64,000 nucleotides of DNA. Origin: Amphiscolops sp. MND2022 (Eukaryota). Positions within the stretch are counted from its first letter, which is position 1. Each line of letters starts with the position of its first letter. The DNA lies in assembly GCA_964187785.1 (NCBI GenBank), contig OZ076414.1, positions 67,394,001 to 67,458,000 of the forward strand, read 5' to 3'. Below the pieces are notes generated by a model that saw nothing but the letters and a program-made list of their open reading frames with translations, was not told where the DNA came from and made no database searches. Shown in pieces: positions 49,049-61,448 of this stretch. Position numbers and translations under genes: made by a program.

Positions 49049-50108
49049 TTGATACATCCGCACAAAGTTCATGGACACATCGGAGTTGAGCATTTACAAC
49101 AGCAATTCTGGATTTTGAAACTTAAGACCACGCTTAAGACAATTGTGAATCACTGTTTCACATGTAGGCGTCAACGACAGCTTCCTTCGCAACCGCGTAT
49201 GCTGACCTTCCAAAATACAGATTTTCACTTGAGCCAGCTATTTTCCAGAATGTCGGATTGGACAATTTCGGTCCTTACACCGTTCTCATTGATAGAAAGA
49301 AAACAGAATCAGTGTACTGTCTAATTTTTACTTGTTTGGTGATTCGAGCAGTACATATTGAAGTTTGTAATACATTGACAAGCACATCGATGCTGTTGGC
49401 AATAATACGGTTCTTTGCTCGTCGTGGATACTCAACCATGTTTTTGTCTGACAATGTCAGCAACTTTGTAAGGTCAGCAGCGTTAATTTCAAAGAAAACA
49501 CAACCCACCTTTGTGGAATGGGTTGCTTTGCAACGTTTACCGTCATTTGTTTGGAAATTTAACCCGCATGGATCACCTCATTCCGGAGGTGCGTGGGAAC
49601 GGTTGTTTGGTATAGCGAAAAAAAATTTCTTCAACATTGCCAGTTCTCAGATGCTAACGAAAGAGCTGTTCACAACAATGGTTTCCGAAATCGAGTACAT
49701 ACTCAACAGTCGTCCGTCGACACCTGTAGCGCTCTCAGTTTGTGATGTCGAGAGCTTAACGCCTCAACACTTTCTACAGCCTTCCGTGGAAGCATCTTTG
49801 GGAAAGTCAGACCTGAATCGAATGTTTAAACGAAAGCAGAGTCTGTTAGATCAATTTTGGAAGCGATTGCTAAAAGAATTTTGCCCACTCTACGACAACG
49901 ATCTAAATGGCAGAAGTCAGTCGATGTTCTGAAGAAAAATGATGTTGTGTGGTTGTTGGAACCAAACATTCCTCGCGGTATTTGGCCATTGGGTGTCATC
50001 GAAGAAGTACTACCTAGTAAGGATGGAGTTCCACGGTCTTTCAGAGTGCGAACACAAAGGGGGATATTTCTAAAACCAGCCATCAAACTGGCTCCAGTCT
50101 GTCCATGA
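49049..50108 (+). pseudogene. Bel/Pao integrase (frameshifted)
   Basis: HGHIGVEHL...HCFTC, VGLDNFGP, LSDNVSNF, GGAWERL, NSRP, DUF5641-like DVVWLLEPNIPRGIWPLG...RPAIKLAPV-like tail. Confidence 0.9.
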
Positions 50109-50255
50109 AAAGATTCGGAAACTTTAGCCTGAAACTTTGGGTCTCGCAAACAAACTGAAACTCTGTAAATGAAAACTGAAACTTTGGAAACAAACTATAA
50201 TTAAAACGTTTCAAAAGTGCAGATAGTTTTGCCCCTGCAAAACGAGGGGGATTGA

Positions 50256-50605
50256 TGTTCGAGAATTACGTAATCATCCTTACCTTTTTGACTATGATTC
50301 ATAGCTGTAAAAAACACACTTGTAATTTCCAATTTTGATTGAACTAGACTTCTTTAAACTCACCGCAATTTTTGAAAACAAGCAAAAGTAACAAAATGGG
50401 TCATACACAAAACTAATGCTGTTTCTGTTTATGCGAATACGGATGAAAATGGGATCTATCACTAACGACATGGTCTAATGGTCTAACAGAAATACAACAT
50501 GCAAAACTAACGGTGAGATAACTATTCATTTTTTGTTAATTTAAGAAAACGCGTAGTCTAAAGTACCTATTACTCATACCCTTTCATTGAGTGTTTTCCC
50601 ATACA
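50256..50605 (+). repeat. 3' LTR of Bel/Pao copy 2
   Basis: tgttcgag...cccataca, followed by TSD acatt. Confidence 0.95.
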
Positions 50606-51917
50606 ACATTCGAGTATTGGTACATAACCATTTAGGGTACAGTTTCATATTCAGGAATAAGAAATTCGATGTGATAAGAGCTTCTTTTGTAATTTGTTGC
50701 AATTGGATTGACGTTCGGTCCCTTATGTCTTAGATTGGTGAAATACCTGCAGGCGGCACGGAATCGTTGCCTTGGGAGTTGATTTGATATCACGTGCCGT
50801 CGCAAGCGGCAGCTTGCGACAACACCGCCGTCGAAACGCACACTGTAGATGACATTGGTTTCCAGTATATCGTTTAAAAAGAAAGACGTTACATTCTCTG
50901 AAATTGTTGATTTTGATGACGTCAGAGCGTCACGTAAACCCAATGGATTAAATCAATAGAAAAAGCTGAATTCAATCTTTCCATTCAAATACGATCATTG
51001 GCATTTTGCAGTATAAGGCCAAACGAGTCAGCATTTCGAAATTTTCAGACGTTTAGTGCGCCGTGCACATCGGTTCTTTTCTCAAAGACTCATTAAATAC
51101 AAAACTGACTCATTAAAAGGCACAATGAAAGTTTTGCTCTGTGATACCATTATACATGACCTCAATTCTCCTTAAAACTTGACATATTGACATATGAAAT
51201 CCAATTCAAGAAGTTGACGTTTCATTAGTTTGAAATTTACAAACCTATTCAGTGATGCTTCTTTTACCCAAAAAGTCTAGTTTCCAAATAATCTAAAGTA
51301 TATACCCTGATGACTATCTAATCTCAATAATGGCGGTTATATATTTTTGACATTTTTTCTGTAAGAGATAATTGGAATTAATTAGGACTTCCTAAGTGAT
51401 TGGTTTCTTAGACAACGGTTCTCCCCTAAAAATGAATAACATGAAAAATTGAAAACATGAAAACAATTGAACCACTCCATCTCAAACACTGTTTCAGATC
51501 GTTTTCAATCCTGTTGCAGAAGTTAATAAGGGGATATATTGAACAATTTATCCACAGAACAAAAAAAACCAATACCAGATGTTTTCCCTAGTAATATTTA
51601 CAAATCAATAGGACACGATGAAAACACAGTTGTTTTGACGTTCGAAACATAGAATCTAATGTAACCAGACACGATAACCATCATTAATGGTTACATAAGA
51701 CATTCTACAAAAAACCCAATTCCAATAGAACTTTTTCCAGTATAGTACACTCAAGGAAGAGAAAACACCGCAAATTTATTTTATTCGATTTCTGTTTTCA
51801 CGATTTCTTCAAAATTCTTCAGAATTAAATACTACCATTTATTATGGGTTCAACAAGATCAATCCGCGTATACAAATTTTCCTTAAACACTGAATGAAAT
51901 TGTTTTGTTACCTTTCA

Positions 51918-52309
51918 TTATTTTCCACCCACATATAATGGGGGAGGAAAATCATAATCTGTGTTGCGTTTTTTTTTTCAAATTCTGCCAAATTTGACTT
52001 ACCACCTCAGGTGATGAGTCAAGTAACTAAAGAGACAAGTAACTATAGTATAACTATATAACTATAACTATATATAACTATAACTAGAGTCAAGTAACTA
52101 TAAATATTTTAGTAGGAGGGGGGAAGAAGATCTAAAGTCAGAAAAGGGAACAAGATCCAAAGGGAATAAGATCTAAAGGGAATGATATCTAAAATCACTA
52201 AAGTTCAAATCTTATTCTTTAGACACTATTCCACCTCCCAAAATAGCTTTGGCTCAGTTGGTGAAAGCGAAAAGGGTGGAAAATATCCCGGTGCTTAGCG
52301 GGCGTCTTG
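51918..52309 (+). mobile_element. Helentron/DINE-1-like element, family B, with an internal (TAACTA)n microsatellite
   Basis: 5' tattttccaccc (51919-51930) and 3' gggtggaaaata (52274-52285) form a perfect 12-bp inverted pair. 5' fold-back ttttcc...ggaaaa; taacta repeats at about 52040-52100; 3' cccg...cggg hairpin then CGTCTTG-TT. Confidence 0.8.
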
Positions 52310-52734
52310 TTATCGATAACAAGTTTAAACACTTTATATCAATCCTCTGGAGCTACCAGTTCCATGCTTTGACAATATTTTGTTTGATGATGACTTCCTT
52401 CGTAAACAATGTGAACCATCTGATAGTCGACGATACGTAAGTAGTACCGTTAACCTTGGTCCATGTACCTCTATACGATACCCAACTAAATCAACAAAAT
52501 GAACTTCCTGTTCAAAACTCGGCAGACCTACACCTACGACCTCAACAACAAGATCAACATTTAATCCAACAACAAACTAATGTTGTACATCTCGAGAACT
52601 TATCATTAGCACCTGATGAAATTCCCAATGATAACTTTTTTTCCCAATGAGTTTCCTTATCCAAATCCTCCACTTGACAATCCAAGTGCAGTTCATACAA
52701 TTGACTTAAATACATTAGTAGTTCTTGTCAGACT

Positions 52735-53202
52735 TGTTATAGAACACGAAACTCAACACCCAACTCAGTGATGCCCTGATACATGTCCTCACGTATTTAC
52801 ATAACCTTAAATTATATTTAAACTCTTCGACCTAATAACTTGACAGATGTCACTCTAATCAGAAGTTAACACTTTAGAAATAAAATGCTGATATTTACTG
52901 ATGAATTCAATATAGAAGTAGTCTGCCTGTAAATCTTTGAATGAGATAAAGTCTAATCAATATTAGATGTAATCACTGCTGTAATCACTGTTAGCTTTAT
53001 AATCAGAAGAATAACTCGAATCTTGTAATAAAGAAGCCTTCTCACTTTAGAAGAGAAAAAAAGCTGAGGTATCAGTCCTACTAATACTTGTGAAAGGAAA
53101 GATAAGCTAGGTACTAAAACAGTTTGGCTTAGGCCTTAGAATCGTCCTATGTATAACTTGAAAGAACTAAACAACAATAAAATCAGAGTTTTAAGCAGTA
53201 CA
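52735..53202 (+). repeat. Candidate 5' LTR of the second Gypsy-like element
   Basis: TGT...ACA ends, AATAAA near the 3' end, followed 2 nt later by a PBS-like TGGTGCCA (53205). Only one copy is in the window. Confidence 0.5.
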
Positions 53203-56200
53203 TTTGGTGCCACCACGAAAATTCATTTCTCGTCCTCTTGTTCCACAAATTCACTCCTCTTGTACATCTTTTCTCAACTTCTTCATACGCTATTTCTAGG
53301 TTCGACACACCGTCTTTCTTCCTCTTTTCATCATCTACCGCTTCTAATCAAACGTTCCAAACAACTTTCTTTGAAAATTGACTCGTGTTGGTGTGGTTCT
53401 GACACACGTAATTCGTGTCAGTTCTTCTTCCTTTCCGTTCCAACCAGAACAAATGTAACTCGTCTTGGTTAAATTTTCTCCGTTACAATCCTTTTAACAG
53501 TGACAATTATTGGTAAACGTAACTTTTTACGTTCCAACCGCTTCAATAGTGATTCGTGTCGGTTTTCATCTCAAAGTTCCAACCGCAGGCGTACGATACA
53601 TTTTGGTTTTTTAATCGTGCTATACAGCGATTCCTGCTAGCTTAGACTTTGGTTCTAGCCGCTTGGATCGATACATATTACAGACACATTTTCAAATATA
53701 TGTTAAAAAACACCAAATTAAAATACAAAACTATACTATTATACAACTTTGTTACAACGTCATTAACAGAACAAAACATCATAATACAGTACATAATCAA
53801 TTCTATAAAAGACTCTAGCTGATGATATACTACAGTTTATCATAATTCTTTGTTTTTTTTCATTTTCTCGCAGGCCTTGCTCTCTTTTGAAGTTTTAGTT
53901 CCTTTTATACCCAAATTCAAACCTATTTTTTATTTGTTTCACACTTGTAAACTCTATGATATACAATATAATCCTACTTATTGTTGGACTCTTTGATATA
54001 TTATACTTTCTGCTCATTCATGCCATATAGAACAAATGTATGTATTAAACCATATGTAAAATGATACTCCTTCTTTGTACTATTCTTTCTTTTTTCCTTC
54101 AAATTCTTTTTCTTGAACAATTTTTTTCTTATCAGACATATTTCAAAACAGAACATCTAATTACCAATTAACTTTATCCTCTCATTAAAAAGTTTGTTAC
54201 GCACAAATAAAGTTCAAATACGAAAACACTTCTATAACAAACTGCTTCCAACTCCATATCAACTAACTTCACCTGAACATTGAAACATACGTTCTATTAC
54301 AAATGATGTTAAACCATTTCTCAATAATCTGATTTTTCAATATACAAATGCACTACCATTTGAAACAGAAACACATTCTATCCAAAAATTCCTCTACTAA
54401 GAGAACATTTAGACTCATACCTGAACTACGTTCAGAATAAAGCTCTAGACAACAAAACTCAAGACCCATTCAAGTAATTTTACTACCCCAGTTGCAGATA
54501 TCGTCTCTGGAACATATTATAGAACAATTTATCTACAAAGTATACCATTACCGACTAACAATGTTTTTGTTACCTATTCTGACAAACTAATAGAATACAA
54601 TGAGAACCTAGAACATCCTCCAAATAGACCATCACACCTCGAAAATTTTGGAGAAAAAGATGACTACTATAAAGTACTAGATATTGAAACCAAAATTCAA
54701 AGACATGGAAATCCTCATCATTGGCTACATCAAGATCTATTACAAGTACTTCAATTTCAATACAACATAGAATACTGGATGAAAATGCCATACCTCAAAT
54801 AAAAGTATATTCGCATTTTCTCAATTAATTTTGCATGTTTAGTTATAAATTAATATGGGAAGAACAAGATCAAGGTGCCTTTATTATTTTTCCACACGCT
54901 TTAACAACTGCAGAACTTTTTCCATTCATCATAAAAGAAAGAAGAAAATAAACATTTTTTTGACACAAAGCCTACAAAACTACATATACTTTGTTTTGAC
55001 AGTATATCTTATGACAATAACTTCTTTTTAGAACACTCTGAAACATCCGTTAGTGGACCAAAAAAATCTTCTGAGAGTAATTCAGAAAACCAATATCATG
55101 ATTAAATTAATACTCTGTCACGAACAGAACAATATGAAGCACTTTTTCAACACAACAAATAGCTGATGAAACATTAGAACTCGTTCAACAACAAAATCAA
55201 AATACGATTACATTGGACAATACATCAACATTTCCCGATGAAAACACTACTAAAACACATATTTTCACAATCACTACAGACTACCACATTTTTTATTAGA
55301 AGGCGCTTTTATTAATAAAAGAGCCCGTCTATTACAGTCACTTCTTTTTGTCTTTCGTTAAAAAAAGACTCGAAGCGAATAACGTAGATTTTAACGTTCA
55401 ACTAAATACAGTAGTGGACCGGCAAACGGGGCGCGCATTCAAGATAGTGCAAAGGGCCCCCTTTCACTTACTCCAGTTTTTTTGTTGAAAAATTGGATGA
55501 GACCATAGAGTCTCCCCTTTGAGTTCTTTTCGGCACTCTGCGACTTTTTTTCGAAATTATTTTTGTGTCCAAATTTTACAGCAAACTGAAGTTTCAAAAA
55601 GCCCAAAGGGTCTCCCTTTTCAAATTTTTCGGCACTTGAAGTTTCAAAAAGCCCAAAGGGTCTCCCCTTTCAAATTTTTCGGCACTATGAGACTGGCTCA
55701 AAATTCTTATCTTTCGATTTTTCTTTTTTTTTGAAAATCTTTTAATGTCTCGAAAGGGTCCCCCCTTGTTAAATATTTTGCAACATAATAGAAATTTAAC
55801 AATCCCAAACGGTCCCCTCTTTTAAATTTTTCGGCACTGAGAGACAAATCAAATTTGTCATTTTTCGTCTGAAATTATGTTTTCTCAGTATATATCCACC
55901 AATAATTTTTTCCAAAACTATCCGAAACTTGAACGTAATATCCTGAGTGAAGCGCTATATCCAAATTCTTGACGTTATGTCCGAATAATATTCCGTTTTA
56001 CCAAGGAGGTTCGAAAAGCGCTCCCATTTTGGCCCGCACGCTATATCTGAAGTTTGAGACGTTACACCACCAACAAATTGGATTTTCAAAAAACCAAAAG
56101 AGTCCCCCTTTTTACACTTTCAAAGAGTTTGCGCATTTTGAGCCTTGGCAATGTCGCCGACTTTAGACGTTCCCGTCTTGTTGTTCTTACTAGACGAATA

Positions 56201-58519
56201 ATTGAAAATAATACTAATTTACTCCATGATGGAAATGATAATATTTCACTTGATAACGATACATCCACGAACACACAATTACAACCTACAACTTCCAGAA
56301 CACTCTCTAGACCTCCATTATCTATCATTCCGAACAATCCATTTTCATATAACCTAACCAGAACAATTGTGAAGAATACACAACATCAATCTTACTCAAC
56401 AGTACATCACACAAAGAACATCTCACTTCCAATGAAGTCACTATCCACTTCTCAATCTTCAAACCACTCAAATCTCACAAAACCGATCAATTACCATAAA
56501 AACAAACCCACGTTTTGACCCAACTGTTACATTACCGCCTTCAAAGACGCAAACATTCCTCCTAAATTAAATAAACATTATCAAAGAGTACCTTCTTCTA
56601 CGGTACGTCTTCCCCCTGTGTCAAACCCATTATACACAAAGTCATCCGCCTCTATATCTGAACCTATTGAACCTTTTGATGGACTAGATTACAAATACAC
56701 ATCTGAAGAACTTCAGTAACATATTGATGCACGTGTTACTTTTTCATTAGAATGACAACCTTCAACCGAGCATGAACATAAATATTAGCACGCTAGACGT
56801 ATGGCTTTTATACAAGGTTTCTCAACTGGTACAGCTCTTAGTTGGTACCTTTGTCTAATTGACACATACAAACAAGACTGGTGTGCTTCAGTACAAACAT
56901 TTAAAAACAGTTTTCTTCTCAAAACAACGTCTAATATGCCCACGTTGAAGCTGTTACACTTGTCAAAAAGGATATTGAGACAGTTCGTCACTCTACCCTG
57001 AAAGTCCAAAAACTAGTTGCAAAAAGCTGGCCTATTGAGAATGCCTCAACAAAAAAACCTCAAAGGCAACGAAAATTTCACAAAAAAATTATCCAAAGAT
57101 CTTAAAGATTTTGCAAGTAAAAGACAAGTAATTTATACTTCCACAGTATTAGAACCTTCAAAACCCCCTCCATGCACTTGTTAAACTAGTTGACGCCCAA
57201 AATATTGCAAATGATAGAATACGTACACACGATCTTACGCTTCAAGAAAATAACCTTGCAACCCAATCACAGTTTCGAAAAATAGAAGAACCACAAATTG
57301 AACATTTCTTGTTTACTCAACTACGAGACCCTATCAATAAACCAAAACCTGCATATGCATACCCATATTTCTCATACAAATACAGAATTAATTCCAGATC
57401 ACAACGTCGCCTTACACCAAATTCTTCCAAAATAGCTCACTTCCCTATAAAAATTACTATAATCTCCATTTCACGACAACTCCAAACAGTCATTTTTTTC
57501 CTACTATACCTCCTTCCTACTTTTCTACAAAATTTCGTACGAAGTTCAACTTCGTTGAAGCTTTTCCTAATAACAAGCCCGATACCTGTGCAACTATAAT
57601 ACAAAACTGTACAAATCACATCGCTACTCTACCTTTCGGAAACAAAGGATACATCGAAGTGCTCTTAACAATTGAATAACTTAAGTATTATCAAGTTCAT
57701 TACATCAATCCTTTGGTATACAATGTTGCTCATACATACCATCCTGAAATCAAAGAACCAAACAAGGTATGCTCCTCAGTATACATTTGACACACCTCAA
57801 AATCAACAATTCTCCTTTCACCAAGTTTTTATGACTGATTCTTCTACTCTAAAAATTAATTCAAATTCTCTTCAAAAAGTTCAGCCCACTTCTCATAACA
57901 CTAAGTCTCTTGTTTTTCCTTCTCTTCCATAGACAAAACAAAATCTAAAAATCATCCACAAATTCAACTTTCAAATTTATGACCTTACAGACACAGAATA
58001 TTTTGCACTTTGTAATCTACTAGTTAAACACAAAAATTGTTATGCTACTCACAAAAACGATGTAGGAATAATTTCTACTCCATTCCGTATCAGACTTCAA
58101 CCCCATGCCCAACTTTTAACACAACGCCCATCTAAAGTTCCACTTAATTACAGACAGAAATTGAATGCCCTTCACACAACATTATTGAAGAAATTAGTTC
58201 TCCACATGACAAACCAAGATACGGTAGATTCGGTACTACAGATTTAAACCCACTCATTATTATAACCAAAGGATACTCTGTTAAATGTGTTTTAAGCGCA
58301 AGACATTTCAAATCTAACACTGATCAATTAGATGAAACTAGGCCTTTAGAACCTCTTGCTCCTCAACTTGCTCGCGCAAACAAAAAATATTAATGTGCAA
58401 TTGATATCATGTACGCTTTTGCGCACAGACCTCTTGACGAAGAAACGATAACAACTACTATTTTTTCGTCTAGTGACAAACTATTTGCCTTTATTTGCGC
58501 TTTTTATGGTCTTCATATT
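53203..58519 (+). mobile_element. Decayed Ty3/Gypsy-like internal region (long ORF1/gag plus RT N-terminus)
   Basis: Gag core IEPFDGLDYKY...HARRMAFIQ..TGTALSWY...KQDW (about 56650-57250). RT FRIRLQP...RPSKVP, LNPLII, PLEPLAPQLARANKKY, AIDIMYAFAH, FYGL (about 58080-58512). Truncated by a duplication junction. Confidence 0.8.
55297..56180 (+). mobile_element. Helentron-like family A element inserted in the Gypsy ORF1
   Basis: 5' agaaggcgc...gagcccgtctattacagt; 3' tcgccgactttagacgttcccgtcttg-tt; internal agggtccccc repeats. Confidence 0.75.
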
Positions 58520-61448
58520 CAAATGCACTACCATTTAAAACAGAAACACATTCTATCCAAAAATTCCTCTACTAAGAGAACATTTAGACTCATACCTGAA
58601 TTACGTTCAGAATAAAACTCTAGACAACAAAATTCAAGACCCATTCATGTAATTTTACTACCCCAGTTGCAGATATCGTCTCTGGAACATATTATAGAAC
58701 AATTTATCTACAAGGTATACCATTACCGACTAACAATGTTTTTGTTACCTATTCTGACAAATTAATAGAATACAATGAGAACCTAGAACATCCTCCAAAT
58801 AGACCATCACACCTCGAAACTCTTGGAGAAAAACATGACTACTTTAAAATACTAGATATTGAAACCAAAATTCAAAGACATGGAAATACTCATCATTGGC
58901 TACATCAAGATCTATTACGAGTAACTCAATTTCAATACAACATATTTCAATACAACATATAATACTGGATGAAAATGCCATACCTCAAATGAAAGTATAT
59001 TCGCAATTTCTCAGTAAATTTTTCATGTTTAATTATAAATTGATATGGGAAGAACAAGGTCAAGGTGCCTTTATTATTTTCCCACACGCTTTAACAACTG
59101 CAGAACTTTTCCATTCATCATAAAAGAAAAAAGAATATAAACATTTTCTTTACACAAATCTTACAAAACTACATATACTTTGTTTTGACAGTATATCTTA
59201 TGACAATAACTTCTTTTTAGAACACTCTGAAACATCCGTTAGCGGACCATATAAATCGTCTGAGAGTAATTCAGAAAACCCATATCATGATTAAATTAAT
59301 ACTCTGTCACGAACAAAACAATATGAAACACTTCTTCAACATACACAACAAATAGCTGATGAAACATTAGAACTCGTTCAACAACAAAATCAAAATACGA
59401 TTACATTGGACAATACATCAACATTTCCCGATGAAAACACTACTGAAACACATATTTTCACAATCACTACAGACTACCACATTTTTTATTAGTAGGCGCT
59501 TTTATTAATGAAAGAGCTCGTCTATTACAGTCACTTCTTTTTGTCTTTCGTTTGAAAAAAGCCTCGAAGCGATTAACGTAGATTTTAACGTTCAACTAAA
59601 TACAGTAGTGGACCGGCAAACGGGGCTCGCATTCAAGATAGTGCAAAGGGCCCCCTTTCACTTACTCCAGTTTTATTGTTAAAAAATTGGATGAGACCAT
59701 AGAGTCTCCCCTTTGAGTTCTTTTCGGCACTCTCCGACTTTTTTTTCGAAATTATTTTTGTGTCCAAAGGGCCCCCCTTCAAGTATTTTGATATTTTACA
59801 GCAAACTGAAGTTTCAAAAAGCCAAAAGGGTCTCCCTTTTCAAATTTTTCGGCACTATGAGACTTTTTCGGCTCAAAATTCTTATCTTTCGATTTTTCGT
59901 TTTTTTTTCGAAAATCTTTTAATGTCTCGAAAGGGTCGCCCCTTCAATTTGTTAAATATTTTGCAACATAATAGATTTTTACCAATCCCAAACGGTCCCT
60001 TCTTTTAAATTTTTCGGCACTGAGAGACAAATCAAAATAGTCATTTTTCGTCTGAAATTTTTTTCCTCAGTATATATCTACCAATAACTTTTTCCAAAAC
60101 TATCCGAAGCTTGGACGTAATATCCTGGGTGAAGCGCTATATCCGAATTCTTGACGTTATATCCGAATAATATTCCGTTTTACCAAAGAGGTTCGAAAAG
60201 CGCTCCCATTTTGGCCCGCACGCTATATCTGAAGTTTGAGACGTTACACCACCAACAAATTGGATTTTCAAAAAACCAAAAGACTCCCCCTTTTTACACT
60301 TTCAAAGAGTTTGCGCAATTTGAGCCTTGGCAATGTCGCCGAATTTAGACGTTCCCGTCTTGTTGTTCTTACTAGACGAATAACTGAAAATAATACTGAT
60401 TTACTCCATGATGGAAATGATAATATTTCACTTGATAACGATACATCCACAAACACACAATTACAACCTACAACTTCCAGAACACTCTCTAGACCTCCAT
60501 TATCTATCATTCCGAACAAACCATTTTCATATCACCTAACCAGAACCATTGTGAAGAATACACAACATCAATCTTACTCAACAGTACATCACACAAAGAA
60601 CATCTCACTTCCAATGAATTCACTATCCACTTCTCATTCTTCAAACCAGTCAAATCTCACAAAACCGATCAATTACCATAAAAACAAACCCACGTATTGA
60701 CCCAACTGTTACATTACCGAGTTCAAAGATGCAAACATTCCTCCTAAATTAAATAAACATTATCAAAGAGTACCTTCTTCTACGGTACGTCTTCCCCCTG
60801 TGTCAAACCCATTATACAAAAATTCATCCGCCTCTATATCTGAACCTATTGAACCTTTTGATGGACTAGATTACAAATACACATCTGAAGAACTTCAGTA
60901 ACATATTGATGCACGTGTTACTTTTTCATTAGAATGACAACCTTCAACCGAGCATGAACATAAATATTAGCACGCTAGACGTATGGCTTTTATACAAGGT
61001 TTCTCAACTGGTACAGCTCTTAGTTGGTACCTTTGTCTAATTGACACATACAAACAAGACTGGTGTGATTCAGTACAAACATTTAAAAAACAGTTTTCTT
61101 CTCAAAACAACGTCTAATATGCCCACGTTGAAGCTGTTACACTTGTCAAAAAGGATATTGAGACAGTTCGTCACTCTACCCTGAAAATCCAAAAACTAGT
61201 TGCAAAAAGCTGGCCTATTGAGAATGCCTCAACAAAAAAACCTCAAAGGCAACGACATTTTCACAAAAAAATTATCCAAAGATCTTAAAGATTTTGCAAG
61301 TAAAAGACAAGTAATTTTTACTTCCACAGTATTAGAACCTTCAAAACCCCCTCCATGCACTTGTTAAACTAGTTGACGCCCAAAATATTGCAAATGATAG
61401 AATACGTACACACGATCTTACGCTTCAAGAAAATAACCTTGCACCCAA
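58520..61448 (+). repeat. Segmental duplicate of about 54335-57245 (Gypsy ORF1 plus family A insertion)
   Basis: Near-identical sequence at an offset of about 4182 (for example ORFs 55969 and 60151). Confidence 0.95.
59489..60362 (+). mobile_element. Helentron-like family A element (duplicated along with its flanks)
   Basis: Same termini and same flanks as 55297-56180. Confidence 0.75.

Larger units (their letters stand above)
44145..50605 (+). mobile_element. Full-length Bel/Pao LTR retrotransposon (copy 2, same family as 14545-21114)
   Basis: LTRs 44145-44492 and 50256-50605, perfect TSD ACATT, tRNA-Trp PBS, PPT gaggggga, gag-pol order PR-RT-RH-IN. Confidence 0.97.
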
